A program made the translations under genes and the position numbers. A stretch of 64,000 nucleotides of DNA from Candidatus Bathyarchaeota archaeon (GTDB lineage: Archaea > Thermoproteota > Bathyarchaeia > TCS64): contig JBDRQD010000046.1 in the NCBI GenBank assembly GCA_043826455.1, positions 32,001 to 96,000 on the forward strand, read 5' to 3'. Position 1 is the stretch's first letter, and each line of letters opens with the position of its first letter. This document shows, in pieces, positions 39,179 to 48,941 of the stretch. The notes beneath the pieces were generated by a model. That model worked only from the letters and a program-made list of their open reading frames with translations. It was not told the DNA's origin and did not search any database.

Positions 39179-39457
39179 ATGGCTAATAAGATAAACGCAT
39201 CCCACATCCTGGTGGAGAAGCAGAGCCAGGCACTGAAGATACTGGAGGAGCTGAAGAAGGGCTCCGACTTCAAGGAGCTGGCAAAGAAGCACAGCACCTG
39301 CCCCAGCGGTAAACGGGGCGGCGACCTGGGCAGCTTCGGCAGGGGCCAGATGGTTAAACCCTTCGAGGACGCGGCCTTCGCGTTGAACGTGGGGGAGACC
39401 ACTAAGGAGCCCGTGAGAACCCAGTTCGGGTACCACATCATCAAGAGAACTGGTTAA
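39179..39457 (+). CDS. ppiC: Parvulin-type peptidyl-prolyl isomerase
   Basis: [27 protein letters not shown]. Confidence 0.94.
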   Translation: MANKINASHILVEKQSQALKILEELKKGSDFKELAKKHSTCPSGKRGGDLGSFGRGQMVKPFEDAAFALNVGETTKEPVRTQFGYHIIKRTG

Positions 39458-40466
39458 AGGACCACAGGAACGCCCTCAGCAGCCTCCTCCAGTCCTTGGG
39501 GATGTCCCTGAAGGCGTCACACTCCAGCCAGCACGTGGGGCACCCGAGGGAGCCTATGATTCTCCGCGCCTCCTCGGCTTTATCTGAGGAGAGTATCTCT
39601 TTTAGGGGCGTCTCGAAGGCGTTGCCCATTAGGTGGTTCATGACTATGCAGGGGTAGACGTCACCGGACGCGTCTATGAACACGGACTCCTCCGCCGCCG
39701 AGCACGCCATGGAGCGGCCCTCAACTAGGAACTCCGTCATTCCCTGTAGGTACGCGAGGCTGGTCAGGCCCTTGAGGGTCCCCTTGTCCTCTTTGACCCA
39801 CGAGGCTAACTGTTTGACCACCGGCTCCATGTCCTCCGCGGTGATCTGCCTGGTCTCGCCCAGGTTCTGGTAGTAGTGCTCGCTGATGTTGACGGGCCTG
39901 ACGCTGAACTCGGCGCCGTACTGGCCTGACATCTTCTGGATTATGGGGGCCTGCTGGTAGTTGGCGGCTGTCAAGGTGAAGCCGGCGGATAGGTGGAGGC
40001 GGGGATACTTTTTCTTAAGCTCCGACAGCAGCCTCAGGGTCGTCATGGCGAGCCTGAAGCTGCCGTCTATGCCTCTCTGGATGTCGTGGGACTCGCCTTC
40101 ACCGTCCAGGGACACGGTCACACCCAGATGTGGCTCGTCGACGTCTACGAGCATCTGCTTGGTCATGTCGGCGACCTTCTCGGGTAGAAGCCCGTTAGTG
40201 GGTATCCAGATCATGCAGTGGGGCAGCGCGTCGTGGACGGCCTCCGCTATCTCTGGCAGGTCGTCCCTGAGGAAAGGCTCACCCCCTGTGAGCTGGATGA
40301 ACCTGAGGTGCCTCAGCGTGGCCCTGTTGTCGTGGAGGAACCGGGTGATCTGTTCGAGGGGCGGGTCCGGGCGGGGGTCCATCTTCCATATGTTGCAGGT
40401 GTTGCAGCGCCCGTTGCACCTGTTGGTGACAGCGAGGTTGCTGATGGCTGTGAGGGGCCTTGACAT
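39441..40466 (-). CDS. Radical SAM/SPASM-domain protein
   Basis: [17 protein letters not shown]...[14 protein letters not shown]. Confidence 0.9.
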   Translation of the reverse strand: MSRPLTAISNLAVTNRCNGRCNTCNIWKMDPRPDPPLEQITRFLHDNRATLRHLRFIQLTGGEPFLRDDLPEIAEAVHDALPHCMIWIPTNGLLPEKVADMTKQMLVDVDEPHLGVTVSLDGEGESHDIQRGIDGSFRLAMTTLRLLSELKKKYPRLHLSAGFTLTAANYQQAPIIQKMSGQYGAEFSVRPVNISEHYYQNLGETRQITAEDMEPVVKQLASWVKEDKGTLKGLTSLAYLQGMTEFLVEGRSMACSAAEESVFIDASGDVYPCIVMNHLMGNAFETPLKEILSSDKAEEARRIIGSLGCPTCWLECDAFRDIPKDWRRLLRAFLWSFNQFS

Positions 40467-40548
40467 CGAATCCAATATAATTATATTCGTAGATAAAACT
40501 TAACCGCCAGATATTTACAGTGGGCACACCTTGGATACCTCGACCGAG

Positions 40549-40908
40549 ATGAAGATAACGAGGATAGACCACCTGCACTTCTTCACAACCGACCTGGACG
40601 AGGCCATAGGGTTCTACGAGGACCTGGGCTTCACCCTCAGCCACAGGCTCCAGCACGGGGGAAGGGAGGCGGCTCAGCTTGCAGCGGGCGATGTCACCGT
40701 GGACCTCAACCAGACCAGGGCCGCGGACAACCCTGGGTACAGCCACTTCGCCGTACAGGTGGACGACCTGGACGAGGCGTGTGAGATGCTGAGGGGTAAG
40801 GGCTATGATGTGGACGGCCCGACGTACAACCAGGACACCAAGAGGTGGATTCTAACTGTGAGAGACCCTAACGGGTTCCTGGTACAGATGGTGAAAGCAG
40901 AGAAGTAA
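40549..40908 (+). CDS. VOC/glyoxalase family protein
   Basis: IDHLH, SHFAVQVDD, VRDPNG. Confidence 0.88.
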   Translation: MKITRIDHLHFFTTDLDEAIGFYEDLGFTLSHRLQHGGREAAQLAAGDVTVDLNQTRAADNPGYSHFAVQVDDLDEACEMLRGKGYDVDGPTYNQDTKRWILTVRDPNGFLVQMVKAEK

Positions 40909-40928
40909 AACTACATGGAGAATGAGAT

Positions 40929-41735
40929 ATGAAAGTGTACGTGGTCTGCGACCTGGAGGGCGTCGCAGGAGTGGTTGACTTCAGGAAGCAGTGCATGGAG
41001 GATGGAGCGTATTACCAGCAGGCTATCAAGTTGGCCACCCTTGAACTGAACGCGTTGGTGGAGGGCGCCCTCGAGGGCGGGGCCACGGAGGTCTACGCGT
41101 GGCCGGGCCACGGGGACTTCCCCGGCGGCATCGACGTGGAGCTTCTTCACCCCGAGTGCAAGCTAGTCATGCACGCGGGAGACGGGGGCCCGGCAGGGAT
41201 CGACGGCTCCTTCGACGCCATGATGCTCCACGGGCTCCACGGCATGGCTGGCTCCGAGAACGGCGTCCTGTCCCACAGCTTCATGCCTTTCCTGCGGAAC
41301 GTCTGGCTCAACGAACTGAAGATAGGTGAGATCGCCATGAACATGATCAGCTTCGGTGACCACGGTGTCCCGACGGTCATGGTCACGGGGGACCAGGCAG
41401 CGGTGGACGAGGCAAAGGCCCTTGTCCCCGGCGTCGAGGGAGCGACGGTGAAGTGGGGCCTGGAGGAGAAGCACAGGCTCGGCGCCCTCTCTGTTAGAAG
41501 AGCGGTGTCCCTCTCACCAGTGAAATCTAGGAGCCTGATAAGAAACGTGGCTAAGAGGGCCATGGGGCGGATCGGCGCAGTCGAGCCCTTCACCATGGAG
41601 CCGCCCTACGTGATGAGGGTCGAGTACACGGAAAGCAAGTACGCCGAGGCGGCGGCGATGAACCCCGGAGTGCAGCGGATAGACGAAAACACTGTAACCC
41701 AGACGCGCGGCAGGCTCCAGGAACTCGTATTCTGA
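40929..41735 (+). CDS. D-aminopeptidase (peptidase M55, DppA-like)
   Basis: MKVYVVCDLEGVAGV, GVLSHS, VTGD. Confidence 0.9.
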   Translation: MKVYVVCDLEGVAGVVDFRKQCMEDGAYYQQAIKLATLELNALVEGALEGGATEVYAWPGHGDFPGGIDVELLHPECKLVMHAGDGGPAGIDGSFDAMMLHGLHGMAGSENGVLSHSFMPFLRNVWLNELKIGEIAMNMISFGDHGVPTVMVTGDQAAVDEAKALVPGVEGATVKWGLEEKHRLGALSVRRAVSLSPVKSRSLIRNVAKRAMGRIGAVEPFTMEPPYVMRVEYTESKYAEAAAMNPGVQRIDENTVTQTRGRLQELVF

Positions 41736-41805
41736 TCTGTTTCACACACGACTCCTCACCCCCAGGCTCCGCCCCACTTATAACGGGGCCTCTGAGAGTG
41801 AAGCC

Positions 41806-42474
41806 GTGCAGCGTCAGTTGCTGGAGAGACCGAGGCTGGGCGAGTCAAGCATGCATCTCTTCCTCAAACAAGTGGGGAGACTGTTCCTCCTCAACCAGGG
41901 GTGCCACACCGTGGAGACAGAGGTCAGGCTCAACCAGCTAGGCCTCCAGCGCCTTGACGAGCTGGACAACAAGAAGATAGTGGACGTGCTCGGCGTAAGC
42001 CTCAGGTACAAGCCCATCAACTGCAAGATGGCGCAGGGAGAGAACTGCGAGGACTTCACCCTGCCCCAGCCAAGCCTGTACGATGTAGGTATCAACGTCC
42101 TCAGGGGGGTGGAGGTGAAGGTGAGCAGAGGCGACTTCAGGAACGGGTTCATATGCGCCGGCTGCAACTACAACTACGTCCTCACCCCCACCAGGCTCGT
42201 GTCCCCCAGCCTCCTCCCCAAGGGCGTGGGCCTCATAGAGTACAACAGGTACAAGTTCAGCTGCGAGCCATCAGACGACCCCGAGAGACGCCCATACAGG
42301 ATCAGTGGGCTCAGGGTAGTCCGACGGGCACAGTACAAGGAGCTGCCCCGGTTCCAGGTGGACCACGCCATCGCCGCCGTGGCGGAGAGGAGGCTGTCAG
42401 AGGCTCAGAGGGCCGCACTTGCAGAGGTGCTGACAAGCCTGGACGACCCCGAGCTTGTGTACCAGGCACCCTAA
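41806..42474 (+). CDS. Hypothetical PD-(D/E)xK protein (MmcB-like)
   Basis: VDV...GVEVKVSRGDF...YNYVLTP...LPKGVGLI. Confidence 0.6.
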   Translation: MQRQLLERPRLGESSMHLFLKQVGRLFLLNQGCHTVETEVRLNQLGLQRLDELDNKKIVDVLGVSLRYKPINCKMAQGENCEDFTLPQPSLYDVGINVLRGVEVKVSRGDFRNGFICAGCNYNYVLTPTRLVSPSLLPKGVGLIEYNRYKFSCEPSDDPERRPYRISGLRVVRRAQYKELPRFQVDHAIAAVAERRLSEAQRAALAEVLTSLDDPELVYQAP

Positions 42475-43355
42475 TCGTTGAACAAGCTCTCGATGCCCTT
42501 GAGCCGGTTCCTCAGGGTGACCTCGGTGGTGCCCGCCGCCAACGCGACGTCCTTCTGGATGCGCTTCTCCTGGGTCACAATACAAGCCTTGTAGAGGGCT
42601 GCGGCCGCAAGGCCCCGGGGGTCCTTCCCCGTGAGGCCCTGCCTCTCCCCGGCCGCGACGAGGAGGTCTATGGCGTACCTCTCGGTGCGGGTGTTCAGGT
42701 TCAGCTTGGAGGCGATGCTGGGCACAAACTTTATGGGGTCATCCACGGGCATCCTGAGGCCCAGCTCCCTGATCATGAGCCTGTAGGTGCGCGCCACCTC
42801 GGCGTGGTCCCTAGTGGAAGCCTTCGACAGGTCCTTCAATGGGCGGGGCACCTTCAACTGTCTGCACGCGGCGTACACGCTGGCCGCCACGAAAGCGTCT
42901 ATGCTCCTGCCCCTGAGAAGGTCCTTCTTGAAGGCCCGCCTGTAGATGAGGGCGGCCCTCTCCTTCACGTTCCCGGGCAGGTGGAGCTGGGCTGACAGGC
43001 GGTCCAGCTCGGACATGGCCAGGTTCAGGTTCCTCTGCTGAGTGGTGTCCAGCTTGGCCCTGTTATCGAAACGCCTGAGCCGGGTCATCTTGATGCGGGT
43101 CTCGTCGTCCAGCCGGTTGCCGTTGTGGTCCTTGTCGGCCCTGAAGACAGTGGACAGCCCCTTATCGTAGAGGGCCAGCGACGAGGCGAGCCCGGCCCTG
43201 CTGCGGCTCTGGTTCTCCTGGGTGGTGAAGGCCCTCCACTCGGGGCCGGGGTCCACGATGCTGCTCTGAACCACAAGGCCGCATGCTCCGCAAACCTCCT
43301 CGCCGGTGTCGTAGTCGATTATCAGGTTAGAGCTTCCGCAGCTTGGGCACTTTAT
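42471..43355 (-). CDS. tfb: Transcription initiation factor IIB (TFB)
   Basis: Zn ribbon CPSCGS...CGACG lies upstream of GTG 43274; GPEWRAF, RGRS, GKDPRGLAAA, TEVTLRNR. Start probably ATA 43355 or CTG 43361. Confidence 0.93.
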   Translation of the reverse strand: MKCPSCGSSNLIIDYDTGEEVCGACGLVVQSSIVDPGPEWRAFTTQENQSRSRAGLASSLALYDKGLSTVFRADKDHNGNRLDDETRIKMTRLRRFDNRAKLDTTQQRNLNLAMSELDRLSAQLHLPGNVKERAALIYRRAFKKDLLRGRSIDAFVAASVYAACRQLKVPRPLKDLSKASTRDHAEVARTYRLMIRELGLRMPVDDPIKFVPSIASKLNLNTRTERYAIDLLVAAGERQGLTGKDPRGLAAAALYKACIVTQEKRIQKDVALAAGTTEVTLRNRLKGIESLFND

Positions 43356-43489
43356 ATTCAGTAGCCTCCGAACCTTAGGCTTCGGATGTGGGTTTCACTC
43401 GGAGGACGCGTTATAAGGATGCCGAGTACACCTAGATGCCTCAGATTGATAACCCATATATAGTGGGGCAAGTGTGTTCATCTGTAATC

Positions 43490-44059
43490 ATGAGCGGAAA
43501 GGACCCATTCCCGAAGGAGAAGACGGCCACCAGAACCATACGTATCAACGAGGCCTACGACGAGGCCCTGAGGTACGAGGCCGAGCGCCACGGTGTCAGC
43601 GTCAACACCCTGGTGGACCAGGTGCTGAGGCGGTACTCCCACAGCTACAGGTACTTCGACAACCTGAGCGCCGTCACCATAAGCGGCAAGACCCTGGAGA
43701 GGCTGCTCAGCAACATCCCGAAGGAGAAGATGGGCGAAATGGGCAAGGCCCTGGGGGAGGAGAGGCCCAAGAATCTGCTGCTGCTGAGGGGCCTGCCCCT
43801 GGACTACAACTCGGTGATGTGGTACCTGACCGAGCTCCTGGGGGACACCAGCAACTGGTACAGGGCTACGTACCATCGTAGGGGGGAATACGACATCCTG
43901 CACCTGAGCCACGGCTTGGGAGAGGGGTGGAGCCTCTTCCTGGAGAGGTACGTGACGGCCTTCTTCAGGGAGGTCCTGGGTATAACCCCCGAGACGGAGA
44001 CCCTGGGCGGCTCGGTCACCTTCACCATCGACATATCTAAACTCAAGAAAGGTAAATGA
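43490..44059 (+). CDS. Hypothetical RHH-like DNA-binding protein with C-terminal ligand-binding-like domain
   Basis: TRTIRINE...AERHGVSVNTLVDQVL; divergent from tfb; start placed at ATG 43490. Confidence 0.7.
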   Translation: MSGKDPFPKEKTATRTIRINEAYDEALRYEAERHGVSVNTLVDQVLRRYSHSYRYFDNLSAVTISGKTLERLLSNIPKEKMGEMGKALGEERPKNLLLLRGLPLDYNSVMWYLTELLGDTSNWYRATYHRRGEYDILHLSHGLGEGWSLFLERYVTAFFREVLGITPETETLGGSVTFTIDISKLKKGK

Positions 44060-44178
44060 GCACACGGCTAAAACGACTATCACTAAACAACCACATGGAT
44101 AGATCATCGTTTCATTTCGGTAGGTTTATACTGTCTAATCTCTCATTGTGAATAAAACCACTGAAAGGTGCATAGCGA

Positions 44179-44577
44179 ATGTCATTCAAGATGGCCAGAG
44201 TCGGAGAACTCAAGGAAGGAAGCTACGCCATAATCAACGACGAGCCCAGCCAGATAGTACAGATCCAGAAGAGCAAACCCGGAAAGCACGGGAGCGCCAA
44301 GTTCAGGTGCACCGCCATCAGCATCTTCGACGGCCGGAAACAGAGCTTCGTCAGCAGCGTGGACGCCACAGTCCAGATACCCATGGTCGACAAGAGGAGC
44401 GGCCAGATCGTGAGCATGGGCCCCAGCAGCCTACAGCTCATGGACATGGAGACCTACGACATCAAGGACGTGGCGCTGCCCATCGACGAAGAGATCAAGG
44501 CGAAGCTGGAGGCCGGCAAGGAAGTTGAGTACTGGATCATCATGGACAGGGTAAAGATCCAGCGCGTCAAGAACTGA
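44179..44577 (+). CDS. eif5a: Translation factor aIF5A
   Basis: SKPGKHGSAK hypusine motif. Confidence 0.96.
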   Translation: MSFKMARVGELKEGSYAIINDEPSQIVQIQKSKPGKHGSAKFRCTAISIFDGRKQSFVSSVDATVQIPMVDKRSGQIVSMGPSSLQLMDMETYDIKDVALPIDEEIKAKLEAGKEVEYWIIMDRVKIQRVKN

Positions 44578-44587
44578 AGGCGCACAG

Positions 44588-45526
44588 ATGAAGCGAGTTC
44601 ACCAGATGCGGCTCCGCCCCGGCATGACCGCCCTTGAGCTGGCGGAGGAGATGAAGCGGGCCGGGGTCATAGGGGCCGGACGGGTCGGCAGAGCCGTGGA
44701 CATCGTGGCGGAGATGTTCAGCGACCCCGAGTACACGGTTTTCATCACATTATCCGGGCCCCTGGTGCCCGGTGGACTCAGGCTGGTCTTCAGGGACCTC
44801 ATCAGGGACGGCTACGTGGACGCCGTGGTGACCAACGGCGCCAACATGGTCCACGACATAGTGGAGGCCATGGGCCGGAGCCACCTGGTGGGCACCGTGA
44901 ACGTGGACGACCAGCAGCTCTACGAGGAGGGCTACAATAGAGCCTACGACATCTTCATAGAGAGCCAGGCCTTCGTGGACATCGAGGGCTTCATAGGGGG
45001 AATCCTGGACGACATCCCGGAGGATAAACGCGTTGACACACCCATCCACGGGCTTCTCCGCGAGATAGGGCTCAGGCTCAAAGACCCTGACAGCATCCTA
45101 CACACGGCGGCCGAGAAGAACGTGCCCATATTCAGCCCCGGATTCCTGGACAGCATGCTGGGCATACCCCTGTGGCTCTACAGCCAGAGGAAGAAGCTGA
45201 CCATCAACCCGCTGAAGGACTTCAACCTGCTCTCGGACATGGTTTACGAGGCCAAGAAGTCGGGGGTCATCATCCTGGGCGGGGGCACACCGAAGCACCA
45301 CGCCCAGTACATGCACACCCTGAGGGACGGCCTGGACGCCGCTGTCCAGATAAGCAGCGCCAGGGTGGAGGACGGCAGCCTCAGCGGGGCACCCCTCTCG
45401 GAGTCCATAACGTGGGGGAAGCTCAAGGAGGGCGTCCTGGAGGAGAAGACCTCCACCATCTTCGGGGAGGTCACCACCATATTCCCCCTGATAGTGGCGG
45501 CCGCCCTGGAGAAGATCAGTGGCTAG
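44588..45526 (+). CDS. dys: Deoxyhypusine synthase
   Basis: NMVHD, LGGGTPKH, DGSLSGAP, WGK (catalytic Lys); adjacent to aIF5A. Confidence 0.94.
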   Translation: MKRVHQMRLRPGMTALELAEEMKRAGVIGAGRVGRAVDIVAEMFSDPEYTVFITLSGPLVPGGLRLVFRDLIRDGYVDAVVTNGANMVHDIVEAMGRSHLVGTVNVDDQQLYEEGYNRAYDIFIESQAFVDIEGFIGGILDDIPEDKRVDTPIHGLLREIGLRLKDPDSILHTAAEKNVPIFSPGFLDSMLGIPLWLYSQRKKLTINPLKDFNLLSDMVYEAKKSGVIILGGGTPKHHAQYMHTLRDGLDAAVQISSARVEDGSLSGAPLSESITWGKLKEGVLEEKTSTIFGEVTTIFPLIVAAALEKISG

Positions 45527-46248
45527 ACCAGTAGACGGGTGCCGCCATCCACCTGTAGGGTGGCTCCGGTGATGTATCGTGCCTCATCGGAGGCCAGGAA
45601 AAGGATCGGGCACGCAATGTCCCCAGGCTCCCCTACCCGCTTCAGGAGGGTCCTCTCCGTCCAGTACGTCTTCTCCTCCTCGGTCATACCCCACGTGTCC
45701 ACGGCGCCGGGGGAGACGGCGTTGACTCTCACTGGCGCGAGCTCCCGGGCGAGGCCGCGGGTGAGAGGCGTACCGGCGGCCTTGGTGAGGGTGTACCCCA
45801 CGCCCCCGGCGTCCCAGTCCATTACCACGTTCACTATGCAACCCGCGGCCTCCTTAAGGCGGGGGGCCGCCGCCCTGCTGCACACGATGACGGCCATCAC
45901 GTTCACCTCCATCATCCTTCTCCAGTGGCCCCAGTCGGGCTCCACCAAGCTGAACATGGGGGGAGGATGCACGGCAGCGTTGTTGACGAGGACATTCAGC
46001 CTACCGAGGCGCCGGGCGGCCTCCTCCACCATCTTCTCGGCTTCCGCGGGGCTGCTGAGGTCCGCTTGCAGTGTGAATGCGTTCCTGTGCATCTCGGCTA
46101 TCTTCCTGGCAACGTTCTCAGCGTTCTCTCTTCTGGAGTTGTAGTGGACCGCCACGTCGGCCCCCTTCTCAGCGAAGAGGAGAGCCGTGCGTCCGCCGAT
46201 CCCGCCGCTGGCCCCGGTAATTAGCACGCCCTTGCCTTTGAAGCTCAT
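45523..46248 (-). CDS. Short-chain dehydrogenase/reductase
   Basis: TGASGGIG, LVNNA, YTLTK, VDGG; start ATG 46248. Confidence 0.92.
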   Translation of the reverse strand: MSFKGKGVLITGASGGIGGRTALLFAEKGADVAVHYNSRRENAENVARKIAEMHRNAFTLQADLSSPAEAEKMVEEAARRLGRLNVLVNNAAVHPPPMFSLVEPDWGHWRRMMEVNVMAVIVCSRAAAPRLKEAAGCIVNVVMDWDAGGVGYTLTKAAGTPLTRGLARELAPVRVNAVSPGAVDTWGMTEEEKTYWTERTLLKRVGEPGDIACPILFLASDEARYITGATLQVDGGTRLLV

Positions 46249-46922
46249 CGGCTCACCCCCTCGGCGAAGGGCCTGTACTTCTCCAGGTCGCCCCTCCAGT
46301 CCACCTGGTTGATGGGCCACGTGTAGTGGGCCCGCCTGGGCTTGCAGATGAGTTCAAGGACCTCGAAGCCCTTGAAGAAGTCCACCGTGTTGGCGGCCTG
46401 GGCAACGATGGCCGTGTCCAGGCCCACCCAGCTCCCGGCCATGGCCACCGCCTCCTCCCCAGCCTCCAGATGGTCGGCGTCTGTGGCCTCCAGAACCGCT
46501 GTCATGCATACGTGGACTCCTCCGCAGATGACCTTGTAGAACATCATGCCAAGTTTGCCGGTGTCGATGAGGGGGCTGTGGGCGCCCAGGTTCCAGAAGG
46601 GGTCGGTTCCTCTCACCACGGGCGCCCCAAGCTCACTGATCCTCCTGAGCATCCCCTCGTCAGGTATCCCTATCCTGAGGTCGCCTATGGGGGTGTTCTC
46701 CACCCTCGTGCCGGCCGCGGAGGTGACGACGATGACCCTCTTCCCCTTGAAGACCTTGATGGCTTCAAGGGCGGTCAGCCCGGTCTCCGAGGCCACCACG
46801 GCCCTGTCTATTCCCAGCTCCAAGGCTCGGGCGTAGGCCAGCTCAATGGTCTTACCGGTGTTGATCTCTCCGTGGGCGTCGAAGTAGAAGCAGCCACGGT
46901 TGACGCCTAACTCGCCTCCCAT
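46245..46922 (-). CDS. Conserved archaeal protein, pyruvate-kinase C-terminal-like domain
   Basis: YFDAHGEINT, VVASETGLTA, GLDTA, ELICKP. Confidence 0.8.
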   Translation of the reverse strand: MGGELGVNRGCFYFDAHGEINTGKTIELAYARALELGIDRAVVASETGLTALEAIKVFKGKRVIVVTSAAGTRVENTPIGDLRIGIPDEGMLRRISELGAPVVRGTDPFWNLGAHSPLIDTGKLGMMFYKVICGGVHVCMTAVLEATDADHLEAGEEAVAMAGSWVGLDTAIVAQAANTVDFFKGFEVLELICKPRRAHYTWPINQVDWRGDLEKYRPFAEGVSR

Positions 46923-47015
46923 GGCCTGATTTATCGCGCAGTGAATATAAAACCGTGAAGGTTGGATGAGGCGGGGCTCACGCTCACCTTTTGAGCTGAA
47001 AAAAAGATGATGCTT

Positions 47016-47031
47016 GACCGGTTTTCCGGTC
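47016..47031. terminator. Perfect hairpin, possible terminator or protein site
   Basis: gaccgg-tttt-ccggtc downstream of the minus-strand cupin gene, followed on the minus strand by a T run. Confidence 0.35.
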
Positions 47032-47072
47032 TGCTTCTCATAAAAATGGAAGGGGACAGCGAGGCTCCGGCT

Positions 47073-47456
47073 TCACGTAGCCTTCTTGAAGTGCTCCGGG
47101 CCGACCTTGCCCTTCACATACTTCTTGAACTCGCTGCTGCACAGCTCAGCCACGAAGTCCCCGTCCCACCACTCGAAGGTGGTGATGTCCTCCTCCACCA
47201 CCATCACGTGGGGGACGCCGGCCTCCACCGTCGCCACCTCGCCGACCATGAGAGGCACCTCACGGTACCCTCCGCCCTCGTAGAGCACGTACTTGGCCTT
47301 GCCCGACACCAGCAGCGTGTACTGGCGGTTCGGGTGGATGTGGTTGCCCCTGTAGGAGCCCCTACGGGTCTCCAGCAGCGAGTAGAATCTTCCCTCTCGG
47401 TTGAAGGCGTAGCCTTTGCCTATTCCTTCAAAGGTTCCCCAGTCGTCTAGTTTCAG
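47073..47456 (-). CDS. Cupin-domain protein
   Basis: The open frame continues upstream of GTG 47309 as LKLDDWGTFEG...GSYRGNHIHP, cupin motif 1; motif 2 is GVPH. Probable CTG start at 47456. Confidence 0.7.
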   Translation of the reverse strand: MKLDDWGTFEGIGKGYAFNREGRFYSLLETRRGSYRGNHIHPNRQYTLLVSGKAKYVLYEGGGYREVPLMVGEVATVEAGVPHVMVVEEDITTFEWWDGDFVAELCSSEFKKYVKGKVGPEHFKKAT

Positions 47457-47648
47457 TGTGAGTTCTCGTTCACTCCTTTCCTTGGGATACTCTCAACCCC
47501 CATATTCCAATATTTATCATTTTTTGTAAATAATATTCCCCAGGGACTAGGGGTCACTCCGCGGGCAACGCGACTCATGCCCCGGCTAATATAACTTAGC
47601 CGAAAAAATGACGAAAAGAATATATTCACACACCATATCACCATAGGC

Positions 47649-48206
47649 ATGCTACCCGCCATCGACATAATCCCTGACAGACGCCGAAAACTGGGGCTCA
47701 CCCAGAACCAGCTGGCGGACCTGGCCGGAGTCAGCCAGAGCTACATAGCCAAGCTGGAAGCCGGGAAGATAGAGCCCAGCTACCTGAAGGTGAAGTCCAT
47801 CTTCGAGGCCCTGGACAAGATAGAGAGGAGGAAGGAAGTGTCAGCGGCCGAGATAATGACCGCGGACGTCATCAGCGTCCGGGCTGACGCAGCCATCCAC
47901 GAGGCCGTCGATATCATGCGTAGGCACGGGTTCAGCCAGCTTCCCGTGATGGACAGCGACAAGCCGGTGGGCGGCGTATCGGAGAGAACCCTCCTGGACC
48001 AGATCCTGTACCCTGACGACGACACCCCCCCGGGGCAGAAGAAAGTGAAGGACATCATGGAGGACAGCTTCCCCCAGGTCTCCGAGGACGCCCCCCTCAG
48101 CCTGCTATCGAGCCTACTGAAGTACTACCCAGCCGTGCTGGTGCAGAAGAAGGGAGAAGTGGTGGGCATCGTGACCAAGGCTGACCTCCTGGGAGTGATA
48201 AGCTAA
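47649..48206 (+). CDS. XRE-HTH plus CBS-domain transcriptional regulator
   Basis: LTQNQLADLAGVSQSYIAKLEAG HTH; FSQLPV and GIVTKADLL CBS pair. Confidence 0.92.
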   Translation: MLPAIDIIPDRRRKLGLTQNQLADLAGVSQSYIAKLEAGKIEPSYLKVKSIFEALDKIERRKEVSAAEIMTADVISVRADAAIHEAVDIMRRHGFSQLPVMDSDKPVGGVSERTLLDQILYPDDDTPPGQKKVKDIMEDSFPQVSEDAPLSLLSSLLKYYPAVLVQKKGEVVGIVTKADLLGVIS

Positions 48207-48243
48207 ACAACTTTTAAGAGCCACACGGGTGACCACTCTACCC

Positions 48244-48861
48244 ATGAAGCTCACGAAGAAAAACGTCCTGACCGCCGTGGTGCTGTTCCTCTTCTCGGGT
48301 TCAATTATTATCGGAGTAGCAAACCTATTGTTGAAGGAACCCGAGATGAAGGAGACAGCGGTACTGGAGACCAGCCTGGGAGTCATAGAGATCGAGCTTG
48401 ACAGGGCGAAGGCACCCAAGACGGTGGAGAACTTCATAGCCTACGTTGCGCAGGGCTTCTACGATGGCCTGATCTTTCACAGAGTCATGGCAGGATTCAT
48501 GATCCAGGGGGGAGGCTTCGAGCCTGACGGCACCTGGAGAACCCCCACCAGGGACCCTGTGAAGAGCGAGGCCAGGAACGGCCTGAAGAACGTGAGAGGC
48601 GCCATAGCCATGGCCAGGTCCGCTGAACCGGACTCGGCCACCAGCCAGTTCTACATAAACACGGTGGACAACCCCAACCTGGACTACCCTAACCCAGACG
48701 GCTACGGGTACACGGTGTTCGGCAAGGTGGTGAAGGGCATGGACGTGGTGGACGATATAGAGGCATCCCAGACGGGTAGAAAGATAACCCCATACGGTGC
48801 CATGAACGACTGGCCCACCGAAGACATAGTCATCATAAGGGTTTACATGAAGGAGAAGTAG
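48244..48861 (+). CDS. Cyclophilin-type PPIase with N-terminal membrane anchor
   Basis: FHRVMAGFMIQGGG, AMARS, SATSQFYIN, YTVFGKV. Confidence 0.93.
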   Translation: MKLTKKNVLTAVVLFLFSGSIIIGVANLLLKEPEMKETAVLETSLGVIEIELDRAKAPKTVENFIAYVAQGFYDGLIFHRVMAGFMIQGGGFEPDGTWRTPTRDPVKSEARNGLKNVRGAIAMARSAEPDSATSQFYINTVDNPNLDYPNPDGYGYTVFGKVVKGMDVVDDIEASQTGRKITPYGAMNDWPTEDIVIIRVYMKEK

Positions 48862-48941
48862 AACAAAGTCCCTCTCATGAGGAATTTAAACACCGATCCT
48901 TTTTTTCTGTGACGGCGATGTTGTACCTGGCCGTAAAATAT

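Noticed and set aside
47540..47590. GC-rich patch with a small hairpin (cgcg-ggcaa-cgcg) in the cupin/HTH-CBS spacer, a possible riboswitch or sRNA
   Set aside because: The stem is too short and matches no family I can identify.
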